Shown here one piece after another: positions 24,451-35,806 of a stretch of 64,000 nt of DNA. The stretch comes from Chiloscyllium plagiosum. Its lineage: Eukaryota. Position numbers and translations under genes: made by a program. The number at the start of each line of letters is the position of its first letter. Within the stretch, counting starts at the first letter, position 1. The DNA lies in assembly GCF_004010195.1 (NCBI RefSeq), contig NC_057719.1, positions 14,727,849-14,791,848 on the forward strand, in the 5' to 3' direction. Below the pieces are notes generated by a model. The model was not told where the DNA came from. It searched no databases and worked only from the letters and a program-made list of their open reading frames with translations.

Positions 24451-26176
24451 CCCCGCACTGCCCGGTTCTACCTCCTTCCCAAGATCCACAAGCCTGACCA
24501 CCCTGGCCGACCCATTGTCTCAGCATGCTCCTGCCCCACTGAACTTATCTCTACATACCTCGACACTGTCCTATCCCCCCTAGTCCTGGAACTCCCCACG
24601 TACGTTCGAGACACCACCCACGCCCTCCACCTCCTCCAAGACTTCCGTTTCCCCGGCCCCCAACGCCTCATCTTCACCATGGATATCCAATCCCTCTACA
24701 CCTCCATCCACCATGACCAGGGCCTCCAAGCCCTCCGTTTTTTCCTCTCCAGACGTTCCCAACAGTACCCCTCCACCGACACTCTCATTCGTTTGGCCGA
24801 ACTCGTCCTCANNNNNNNNNNNNNNNNNNNNNNNNNNNNNNNNNNNNNNNNNNNNNNNNNNNNNNNNNNNNNNNNNNNNNNNNNNNNNNNNNNNNNNNNN
24901 NNNNNNNNNNNNNNNNNNNNNNNNNNNNNNNNNNNNNNNNNNNNNNNNNNNNNNNNNNNNNNNNNNNNNNNNNNNNNNNNNNNNNNNNNNNNNNNNNNNN
25001 NNNNNNNNNNNNNNNNNNNNNNNNNNNNNNNNNNNNNNNNNNNNNNNNNNNNNNNNNNNNNNNNNNNNNNNNNNNNNNNNNNNNNNNNNNNNNNNNNNNN
25101 NNNNNNNNNNNNNNNNNNNNNNNNNNNNNNNNNNNNNNNNNNNNNNNNNNNNNNNNNNNNNNNNNNNNNNNNNNNNNNNNNNNNNNNNNNNNNNNNNNNN
25201 NNNNNNNNNNNNNNNNNNNNNNNNNNNNNNNNNNNNNNNNNNNNNNNNNNNNNNNNNNNNNNNNNNNNNNNNNNNNNNNNNNNNNNNNNNNNNNNNNNNN
25301 NNNNNNNNNNNNNNNNNNNNNNNNNNNNNNNNNNNNNNNNNNNNNNNNNNNNNNNNNNNNNNNNNNNNNNNNNNNNNNNNNNNNNNNNNNNNNNNNNNNN
25401 NNNNNNNNNNNNNNNNNNNNNNNNNNNNNNNNNNNNNNNNNNNNNNNNNNNNNNNNNNNNNNNNNNNNNNNNNNNNNNNNNNNNNNNNNNNNNNNNNNNN
25501 NNNNNNNNNNNNNNNNNNNNNNNNNNNNNNNNNNNNNNNNNNNNNNNNNNNNNNNNNNNNNNNNNNNNNNNNNNNNNNNNNNNNNNNNNNNNNNNNNNNN
25601 NNNNNNNNNNNNNNNNNNNNNNNNNNNNNNNNNNNNNNNNNNNNNNNNNNNNNNNNNNNNNNNNNNNNNNCCCCGTGGCCCAACATTTCAACTCCCCCTC
25701 CCACTCTGCCGAGGATATGGAGGTGCTGGGCCTCCTACACCGCCGCTCCCTCACCACCAGACGCATGGGGGAAGAACGCCTCATCTTCCGTCTCGCAACA
25801 CTTCAACCCCAGGGCATCAATGTGGACTTCAACAGCTTCCTCATTTCCCCTTCACCCACCTCATCCTAGTTTCAAACCTCCAGCTCAACACTTCCCCTTG
25901 TCTTGTCCGGAATTGTCCGACCTGCCCAGCTCCTTTTCCACCTATCCACTCCACCCTCTCCTCCCTGACCTATCACCTTCATCTCCTTCCCCACTGACCT
26001 ATTGTACTCTATGCCACTCTCTCCCCACCCCCACCCTCCTCTAGCTTATCTCTCCACGCTTCAGGCTCTCTGCCTTTATTCCTGATGAAGGGCTTTTGCC
26101 CGAAACGTCGATTTTGCTGAAGCTCCTCGGATGCTGCCTGAACTGCTGTGCTCTTCCAGCACCATTGATCCAGAAT
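24451..26176 (+). mobile_element. Young 5'-truncated PLE (RT ... GIY-YIG ... pLTR), spanning an assembly gap
   Basis: Open frame FYLLPKIHKPDHPGRPIVS...FTMDIQSLYTSI (RT); VAQHFN...EERLIFRLATLQPQGINVDF* (GIY-YIG end); CpG-rich; acaagac repeated at 24427-24433 and 26181-26187. Confidence 0.93.
26078..26113 (+). ncRNA. Minimal type I hammerhead ribozyme core in the PLE pLTR
   Basis: CUGAUGA (26082-26088), A, GGGC-UUUU-GCCC, GAAAC, GUC; helix III reduced to the palindrome ACGU; helix I weak. Confidence 0.75.
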
Positions 26177-27586
26177 ATACACAAGACTTCTTCTGTGCTA
26201 TCAATACAGAATTGGATATAAAAAGTTTATAGGTATATTGTCTATTTAATTTAATGTTATGCTTTCAATAGTGGAGAAAAAACTCACCACCTTGAAGGAA
26301 GTTATTTTGCAAAAGAAAATAGGTTGGTTAATCATAGAATTTCATGAGGCAGATATTACTGGAAGCTACCACAATGCCAATTCCACATGATGTTAGCTTG
26401 ATATCAATAACATAATTGCAGCGTCACAACTTAAATGAGATTACCATGAGGTCTATGCACTTTGGGACCCTTTACACAGCTCCCAATATGCTGCATGAAT
26501 GAGAGGTGTTTGTCTCATTCTCATAAGGTAAAGGCAAGCAAAAGATTTCTTCCAATTTTATGATCTAATGGGGAGGGGTGAGTTGGCTCCCTAGTTTTAG
26601 GGCTCTCTGGTTGGTTGCATTAATGGTTTGAGTTCTTCTTAGGACTTTCTCCAAAGAAAATATAGTTAACTAATTTTTATAATAGACATAATGAGCCAAT
26701 CGCAACATTTTCTTAAGTGAGAGAAATAGCAAATTTATTACCTCCTAATGTCAAGGAAAGTATTGAAGATGTAACATCAAGCCTTCAGTCTTTGTGCAGT
26801 CCTGTAGGACTACGCACAGACAAATGTACAAAGGTGATAGTGTCCAGTACAAAAGGAAGACAAAATAATATGGAGTTTAGAGTAGTGTCATAGAGTCACG
26901 GAGTCATACAGCACAGGAACAGACCATTATATTCACTCATCCACACGGAAAAAGTTTCCCAAACTAAACTAGCTCTAATTACCTGTATTTTGCCCGTATC
27001 TGACTAAACCTTTCCTATTCATGTACAAATGTCTTTTAAATGTTGTAACTGTATCTGCATCTACCTCTGGCTATTCATTCCACATACAAACCTCTCTGTG
27101 TGAAGAAGTTACTCCTCAGGTCTCTTTGAAATCTTTCTCCTCTCACCTTGAAAATATGCCCCCTAGTTTTGAACTCCCTCACCCTAGGGAAAAGACCTTT
27201 GCTGTTCACTCTATCAAAGCCCCTCATGATTTTATAAACCTTTATATAGTTACCCCTCAACCTCCTAAGCTCCAGTGAAAGAAGTCCCAGCTTATCTAGC
27301 CTCTCCTGTTAATCCATTACCTCAGTCCTGGTAACATCCTGGTAAGTCTTTTCTGAACCCTCTCCAATTTAGTAATATGGCAAGGCGACTAAATTGGACA
27401 CAGTACTCCAAAATCAGCCTCCTGTGCAACCTCAACATGACATCCCAACTCCTGCATTCAATGTTCTGAGAAATGAAGGCAAGCATGCTAAATGCCTTCT
27501 TAAAGATCTTGTCTACTTGCAATGCAACTTTCAAAGAACAATGTGCCTGAACCCTAAGGTCTCTCTGTTTGACAACACCACCCAAG

Positions 27587-27920
27587 GTCAAAACGTGGGC
27601 ACTGGAAAAAACACAGCAGGTCAGGCAGCTTCCGAGGAACAGGAGAGCCAACATTTCAGGCATAAATCCTTCATCAGGAATTGGTGGTATCGTTGACAGT
27701 GAAGAAGGTTATCTAAGATTACAAAGGGATCTTGATCAATTGGGGCAATGGGCTGAAAAGTGGCAGAAGGAGTTTAATTTGGATAAACTCCCGATGAAAA
27801 GCTTATGCCCAAAACATTGACTCTCCTGCTCCTTAGATGCTGCCTGACCTGCTGGGCTTTTCCTGTGCCACCCTTTTCAACTCTGTGTCCCCAGCAGCTG
27901 CAATCCTCACTTTCTCTAGT
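27587..27920. mobile_element. Palindromic PLE mini-insertion enclosing about 107 bp of inverted CR1 filler
   Basis: Arms at 27587-27680 (minus) and 27788-27880 (plus) plus tail to about 27920; filler 27681-27787 is the reverse complement of 27974-28080. Confidence 0.88.
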
Positions 27921-28267
27921 TGTGCCCAGGGCCCTGCTATTAAATATATATTACCAAAATACAACACTTCACATTTATCCAAATTAAAGTCCTTCTGCCA
28001 CTTCTCAGCCCATTGACCCAATTGATCAATATCCCTTTGCAATCTTAGATAACTTTGTTCACTGTCAATTATGCCAACAATTTTGGTGTCATCTGCAAAC
28101 TTACTAATCACACCTTCCATAATCTCATTCAAATCATTTATATAAATGACAAACAACAGTAAACTTAACACCGATCCCTGTGAAACACCTCTGGTCACAG
28201 GTCGCCAGTCTGATAAACAAACCTTCACTACCACTCGCTGTCTCCTACTGTCAAGTCAATTTTTTTT

Positions 28268-28583
28268 TTAGATTAGATTAGATTAGATTACAGTGTGGAA
28301 ACAGGCCCTTCGGCCCAACAAGTCCACACCGACCCGCCGAAGCGAAACCCACCCATACCCCTTTTTACCCCTTACCTAACACTACGGGCAATTTAGTATG
28401 GCCAATTCACCTAACCTGCACATCTTTGGACTGTGGGAGGAAACCAGAGCACCCGGAGGAAACCCACGCAGACACGGGGAGAACGTGCAAACTCCACACA
28501 GTCAGTCGCCTGAGTCGGGAATTGAACCCGGGTCTCTGGCGCTGCGAGGCAGCAGTGCTAACCACTGTGCCACCGTGCCGCCC
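28268..28583 (-). mobile_element. Young HE1-type V-SINE inserted in CR1
   Basis: CpG-rich, near-identical to the 52294 and 56194 copies; (ttaga)n tail; short TSD caatttt. Confidence 0.95.
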
Positions 28584-30879
28584 ACAATTTTGAATCCAAC
28601 TGGCAAGCTCTCCCTGAATCCCATGCGAGCTAACTTTACTAATCAGTCTACCATGTGGAACCTTGTCAAAGGCTTTACTAAAATATATGTAGACAACATC
28701 TACCACTCGGCCTTCATCTATCTTTTTGGTTACATCCTCAAAAAACTGAATCAAGTTTCTGAGACACGATTTTCCATATACAAAGTCATGCTAACTGTCC
28801 CAAATCCAACCTTGCCTCTCCAAATATGTGTAAATCTTATCTCTCAAAATCCCCTCCAACAATTGACCTACTAATGTTGTCAGACCCACATGTCTATAGT
28901 TCCCAGGCGTTCCTTGCTGCCTTTCTTAAATAGCCACTCTCTAATTTTTCAGCACTTCACCTGTAGCTGTATATGATGCAAATATATTTGCTAAGGGCCC
29001 CGCAATCTCTTCCCTAGCTTCCCACAATGTCCTGGGATACACTGGATCAGGTCCCAGAGCTGTCTCCACCTTTATGTTTTTTTTAAGACCTCCAGCATCT
29101 CACCTTCTGTAATGTGGACTGTTTTCAAGACATCAATATTTATTTACCGAGTTCCCAAGCCTCCATTTCTTTCAGCAAAGTAAAATCTGACACAAATATT
29201 AATTTTGTATCTCTCCCATCTCCTGTAGTTCATAAACATAGATGATCTTGTTGATCTTTATGGGGACCTATTCTCTCTCTCGTTGTTCTTTTGCTCTTGT
29301 TGTACTTGTAGAATCTCTTTAGGTTATCTTGAACCTTATCTGCCAAGGCTATCTCATATCCCCTTTTTGCCCTTCGGATTTCCCCCTTAAGAATATCCCT
29401 ACACCTCTTATACTCTTCAAGAAATTCACTTGATCCTAATTGTCTAGATGTGACTTATGCCTCCTTCTTATTCTTCACCAGAGTCTCAATAACTCTATTC
29501 ATACATTGTTCCCTACTCCTACCAACCTTACCCTTCACTCTATCAAGAACATAATGCCTCTGAACTCTCGTTATCTCACTTTTGAACACCTCCCACTTGC
29601 CTTCCATTTCTTCACCTGCGAACAGTCTAACCAAATCAACCTTTGAAAGTTCCTGTCTCATACTGTCAAAATTGCCTTACTCCAGTTAAGAACTACAACT
29701 TTTATACAAGGTCTATCTTTTTCTATAACTATTTTAAAACTAATAGAATTATGATCACTGGTCCCAAATGTTCCCCCACTAACATTTCAGTCACTTGCCC
29801 TGTCTTATTTCCCAAGAGAAGGTTGGGAAGGTGGCTCCTTCTCTAGTAGGTACATCTCCATACTTATAAAGAAAATTTTCTTGTTCACATTTAATGAATT
29901 CCTCACCATTTAAGCCCTTCACACTATGGCAGTCCCGGTCTATGTTTAGAAAGGTAAAATCTCCTACTATTATAATCCCATTATTTTTACACATATCTGA
30001 GATCTCTCCACATATTTGCTCTTCAGTTTCCCATTGATATTGGGGTGCATATCGTACAATTCCATCAAGGCAATCATCCGTTTCTTATTTTTGAGTTCCA
30101 CCCATATAACTTCACTGGATGATCCCTCAGTAATATCCTCTGCAGTAATGTTTTCCTTCATCAAAAATGGCACTATCCCTTCTCTCTTGCCTTGCTTTCT
30201 ATCCTTTCTACAGCAACTAAACCCCAGAACATCAAGCTGCCAGTCCTGTCTCTCCCTCAACCATTTTTTCTATAATAGATATGATGTCCCAGTCCCACGT
30301 TCCAGCCTTATCTTTCTTGCATTGAAAGAAATGCTGTTTAATTCTTCTGAGTTATCTTGGTCTCTGACTTGCTCTTGGCTGCCTTGTCTAATTAACTTGC
30401 TCTTTTTAACGTTAGAAGCCACCTCGCCTGTCTTTCTATTCACATTACTACTTAACCCCCTCCCCTGCATCTTCCCTACCTAACCCCACACACACTCTTC
30501 TCTACTAGTTTAAAGGCTTTCAAATAGAACTACCAAATTTCCTCACCAAGGTATTGGTCCCCCTCCCTCTCCAGTTTAGATGAAACCCATCCATTTTGAA
30601 CAGATCACGTATGCCCCAGAAGAGATCCCAATGATCCAAACATCTGAATGCTTGCCCACTGCACCATCTCCTCAGCCATTGATTTATCTGCCCTAACTTC
30701 CTAAACCCATTCTCACAAACACATGGCACCCAGGAGTAATCCAGAGATTGCTACCTCTGAAGTTCTGCTTTGCAACCTCCTTCCTAACTTCCTATATTCA
30801 CTCTGCAAAGCCTCAACTTTTTCAAAGCAGTATCTCAAAGGATTTTTGGATCATTGGGATCTCTTCCAGTCTACTGAAT

Positions 30880-31467
30880 TCACTGCTCACAATGTGGTCT
30901 CCTCTGCAGTTGGGCAGACTGGCTGACCGCTTCACAGAACATCTATGTTCTCTCTGCAAAATAGACCCTGAGCTTCCAGTTGCCTGGCAGTTCAACACAC
31001 CACCCTGTTCCCTGGCCAACATCTCTGTCTCAGGCTTGCTCCAATGCTCTGCTCAGCTCAGGCTGGAGAACAGCACCTTGTTTTATGCTTGGGGACTCTA
31101 CAGCCTCCTCACATCAATATCGAGTTCAACAATTTTACAGCTTGAGCACTATTCGCCATGGTTTCCCACACCCCCACCCAGCAGGCCTTGTTATCACATG
31201 GTCTGCTATTACACACAACCCATTGTTAGCCACTAATAGTCACCATTAACAACTATTCATTCTCCCAGACTGACTTTTACCCACTCCTTTGACTCTCCAA
31301 CTGTTTTTTTTCTCACTTTGGGCTCTATCTCCCCCTATCGTTTACTCCTCACCCCCTTCCCCCACTCTGCCTTCTGCATAAGAACCAACTTTAGCCTAGC
31401 TACCATCAGTTCTGAAGGAGGGTCACTGGACCTGAAACATTAACTCTGATTTCTCTCCACAGATGCT
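30880..31467 (+). mobile_element. PLE GIY-YIG end and pLTR (second family)
   Basis: GRLADRFTEHL...PVAWQFN...RLE peptide; hammerhead remnant agttCTGAAGGagggtcactggacctGAAACATTaact. Confidence 0.8.
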
Positions 31468-31705
31468 AGTAGAAAGTGAGGCCTGCAGATGCTGAAGATC
31501 AGAGTCGAAGAGTGCGGTACTAGAAAAGCGCAGCAAGTCAAGCAGCATCTGAGGGGCAGGAGAGTCGACGTGTGGAGCATGAGGAATGTTCCTGATGTTC
31601 CTCTTCATCATGTTCCTGATGAAGTGTTTATGCCCAAAACATCGACTCGCCTGCTCCTCAGATGCTGCCTGACCGGCTGTGCTTTTCCAGTGCCACATGT
31701 TTTGA
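31468..31705. mobile_element. Palindromic PLE mini-insertion with 15-bp TSD
   Basis: TSD ctctccacagatgct at 31453-31467 and 31706-31720; inverted arms; tail on the left. Confidence 0.88.
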
Positions 31706-32789
31706 CTCTCCACAGATGCTGTGCAGTTTGTTCGGGTTAGTTTTAAGCTCTGAATATGTTTTTATTAAAAAATCTAACCTTGCCTTAAGTTTTTAAGTTT
31801 GTAAGTTTAAGTATGCAAAAAAAAAGAAAAAAAAAATTCTTAAAATCCAGCATCCACCTTGAACTCTGGCAACCAAAAACAGTCTCTTCCTCAGATCCTC
31901 TATCAGTTGGCTCTCAACTCTTTGGCTCTAAGTAAAGGCACTTTGTTCCCTCCTATTCCTAGGTTCAGCCTTACAAAAATAATGATCCAGGAACCTGCTC
32001 CCCATTATTATTTAAGTTACTACAAATGAACCCTCAACAAAAGAAAATCTTTTCTGGAGCCTTCGACAAATACGTGGGCAATCCAGTCTCTAGAGTAGAG
32101 GGATGACTGTTTTAACCTGAAATCACATTGGCTAGTAACATTCTTGGACTGTCAGCAATAGGAAATACTGCATTTACAACGGTTGTTGCTGTCTCTGGAC
32201 TTTTTCTTTCATGACAGACAGTGGGAGATCCTTTTTCCAACCTGATTCAGTTCTGCAGTCAAACATCCATCAACACTGCCTTTTGGCAAAGAGCTCCTTA
32301 AATATGGAAGCTACTTGTCTGTTCTCTGTCTACTGAAGTTTTGTTTTGTTTCTCTAGGTTTGATAGGTGTCAGTGAGGTTCCATCACATTGGAGATAAGA
32401 TTCATTTTCACAGCTCTCAGGATGAGTTTTATTGGTTTCACTGTCTTGGAATAAAATATCAACGCGTCTACAATTTGTGTATTCCACTCACTTCATGACA
32501 CCTCACTGACTTGTAGAGTAAGTGATGCTTGTAATCCCTCTAAGTTAATGTTTTGCTCTCCTTATTAAGCTTTTTCAGATCATGAATGTCCCAGGTATTA
32601 AAATAGAAAATGGAATGCAATGTCAAAATCCATATTCTGTCCAATTGTGACAAGTTCCTTCGGTTCATTGAAAGATACCTGTAGAGTATAGAACACTTTG
32701 GTACCCTGTTTTACTGAACAGCTATAACTGTTTTTTTCCCAATGGCAAGGAGAATAGACAGGCATAACAGCAACAGATTTGTATTTTTA

Positions 32790-33112
32790 AAAATTCATTC
32801 ACAGGGTGAGGACATCACTGGCTAGCCCTGCATTTATTGCACAGAAGGCAGTTAAGAGTCAGCCGCATTGCTGTGGTTCTGGAGTCACATGTAGGCCAGA
32901 CCAGGTAAGCATGGCAGCTTCCTTCCCTGAAGGACATTAGTGAGTAGTTGGTCTTTTCCTGACATTCATGGCCATTATTTGACTTTTAATTCTGAATTTT
33001 TATTGAATTCACATTCCACCATTGCAGGGTTTGAACCCAGGTCCCCAGAACATTACCTCGAACCTTCCCCATTAATAACCCAGTGATAATATCACTAGGC
33101 TATTGCTTCTCC
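32790..33112 (-). mobile_element. tRNA-SINE family 2
   Basis: Reverse complement of 9719-10075. Confidence 0.8.
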
Positions 33113-33413
33113 TAGTACATATAACACACATATATGAAGTAAATCAACATCGTGTCAATCATGATAAGTAAATTCTACTAATCATAGACAGATGTGCTCT
33201 TACTTTTTTGTCTTTCTGCATAAAACATACAGCAGCTGTTCACAAGATGACAGGGAGGAACATACAGTTGATGCATCACTAACACTGCTCATTTGCAAAA
33301 CCTCAAAGGAATGATATTCCCAGATGACAGATTCCATTGAAATAAACAAACATGTGAAACTTGTTGCCTTCAAACCTTTTCAAACTTCCATGAGTCAGTC
33401 ATACTTGGTGTAA

Positions 33414-33583
33414 GTCGACAGTGTGGAGCTGGAAAAGCACAGCAGGTCAGAAACTCATTCCTGATGAAGGGCTCTTGCCCAAAACGTTGATTTTCTTGCT
33501 CCTCAGATGCAACCTGAACTGCTGTGCTTTTCCAGCACCACATTCTCGACTCTGATCTCCAGCATTTGCTGTCTTCACTTTCT
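33414..33583. mobile_element. Palindromic PLE mini-insertion (170 bp) with 15-bp TSD
   Basis: TSD tcatacttggtgtaa at 33399-33413 and 33584-33598; short inverted arm, then hammerhead core, arm and 33-nt tail. Confidence 0.92.
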
Positions 33584-34574
33584 TCATACTTGGTGTAACT
33601 CCAGTCATCACAGCACTTTGACAATAAGGGCTTTGGGTTAGGTCTACTCAATATGGAGACCAGGTCAAACACTGCCATTGCCCTCCACAGTTACTACTCG
33701 GATGTGAGACACCTGGGAATGATGTAATTACCCTAGCTATAAACTAAACATAGATCTCAAATATTGTAAACGTAGAAATACAGATATTTAGGTGTGATTA
33801 GAAGGCAGCAATCTAATCAAGCAATTTGGCTGACATCACAAAATTTTATGTTATTAGTTGATATATAACTGCATTCTGTATCCGGATGTGATTTTCTGTT
33901 CCATCTATAATTTTATAGGATAAAGCTGCGGTGATCCTAAAAGCCAGAGTATAATTCCTAAAGTAAGTTTTGTTAAAATGTCACTGGACTTGTAATGTTA
34001 AAATTGCATTCTTTCCAACGACGCTGCCAGACCTGCTGAGTTTCACCAGCAAATTCTGTTTCTGTTTCAGATCTCCAACATCTAGAGTTCTTTGTTTTTC
34101 CTAAAGTAGGCTTAGTGATCTGGTTGGAAAACGTCCCAATCTGCTGGCCTTTCATTCATAAGAACAAAGGAATGTAAGACATGGGAGCAGAAGGAAACCA
34201 TTCAACACTCCGAGCCAGCACTATCTTTCAGTAAGATCAAAGCTGAGCTTCTATATTGATTAAACTTTACTGTAAATCAGCAATGTACCAATTTTGGCAG
34301 GTTTCATGGACGGTTACTCTCCATGAGGCCTGGTGAAATTTCTCATTATTTCCTGAAATTCGTCTCACTTAGCTATGCACCGCATGATTATGGCACCCCA
34401 CTTGTAATATCTTTCCTCTTGCCATATTCATTACTGCCAGGATCGCAAAAGATTCCTGGTGCTGGTGCCCTGTTTATGAACAGTTGTTCACCAAGTCAAG
34501 TGCAGAAAGTTCAGAGCTGCTTTGCATATTCCTTCATCCAAAGCATTGCACTGGACTTGGCAGATCGAGGAATA

Positions 34575-35455
34575 TTGGCACTCCACTGTGATGACAGTGA
34601 CTAACAGTTCAGGTGGACAAGGTATTGCAGAGAAAGACTGTTCCATTCCCTCAGGATCGGCAGAGGTGACCGTGCCACCAGACTCTGCCAGCCTGTTCTA
34701 AGGTTGCCACCTGGGTCAGTGCAGTTTCAGTGATCCAATGGAACCTACAGTCATGCCACAAAAGGTGCCACTCGTACTGATATTTTTCTCTCTGCTTCCT
34801 CTCATTAATCTATTTCTGCTCGATCACCCATCTCCCACCAAGGTTCATGTTCTACCATTCTCACACAGTCCCTCCCCCCATTCAGTCTCATTAATCAAAT
34901 CTCCTCAGATCACTAACCCTGCACAGGCTTTGCGCTGCGTACTCACTTACTTGGGATGCCTCCTTACCTGCAAGATCACTCACAGCCTGCGCCAGACACT
35001 TGCATCTCACTCAAACCCTCCTTTTGGAGATGTTGGTCCACATTAGGGCAGGATAGCCAAGACAGTTCTTGGGGCACCTACTCACCTTGCCACTCCCTTT
35101 GAGGTTAGGATCATTGCCCTGGCTGCTCAGGACCATGACCATTCCTGTGGTGATGCTGAAATATTCCTGAAGCCACAGAGCATTCATTGTCCATTGCTGT
35201 GCTGCTCTCCTACTATCACCACTGGGAATTTACACTTAACAAATCTGATCTTCTACAGCTTTTCCATCTGGCTTTCCCTTTTTTGTCTCCTGAAGATGCC
35301 AGAGATATCTGCACAGTCTCCATCATTATGGGTGTGGCCCTGTAAGATATCCCCTGGACTGCCTCTGAGGAAGATAGCATGGATCCCTCAGAGGTAGCAT
35401 TAACAAGGCTCCTGCAGTCTCCACTAGCTCAGATACTGACACCTCCGTAGGTACT
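34575..35455 (+). pseudogene. Decayed PIF/Harbinger Myb/SANT-like DNA-binding protein gene (three exon-like blocks)
   Basis: 34613-34768 VDKVLQRKTVPFPQDRQR*PCHQTLPACSKVATWVSAVSVIQWNLQSCHKRC; 35050-35163 RIAKTVLGAPTHLATPFEVRIIALAAQDHDHSCGDAEI; 35361-35452 ASEEDSMDPSE.../PAVSTSSDTDTSVG. Confidence 0.65.
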
Positions 35456-35519
35456 TTATTCCCATTACTGTCGGGAGCACTTGCTGGTTAGCACCTCACT
35501 GCCGCGTCTTCTTTTTTAA

Positions 35520-35765
35520 CTCATTTGTGGGATGTGGACATCGCTGGTTGGATCAGCATTTATTGCCTGTCCCTATTTGCCCTTGAGAAGGTGGAGGTGA
35601 GCTGCCTTCTTAACTGCTGCAGTCCATTGTTAACCCACCATGCCATTAGGGAGAGAATTCCAGGATTTTGACCCAGCGACAGTGAAGAAATGGCAGTATA
35701 TTTCCAAGTCAGGATGGTGAGTGGCTTGGAATGAGCTTGCAGGAGGTGGTGTTCCCATGTATCTC
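35520..35765 (-). mobile_element. Family B LINE 3' end
   Basis: Same tail as 2085-2260. Confidence 0.8.
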
Positions 35766-35806
35766 TTGGTCAGCTATGGAACTGAAAGCAAATAAAGTCA
35801 ATCATT

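Larger units (their letters stand above)
26886..30825 (-). mobile_element. Long degraded CR1 (ORF1 esterase end, EN, RT, 3' UTR) with nested insertions
   Basis: Minus peptides WDLFWG..DGFHLN, IIVGDF, VYIYFSKAFDKVPH, GVSQGSVL, KFADDTK. Confidence 0.93.

Noticed and set aside
24418..26044. Long ORFs of 362-483 aa in several frames
   Set aside because: They run through an 859-N gap; only the flanking PLE peptides are real and frame continuity across the gap is not established
32358..32517. Exon-like segment with good acceptor (tttctctag) and donor (gtaagt)
   Set aside because: Stops in all three plus-strand frames; a non-coding exon cannot be supported without RNA data
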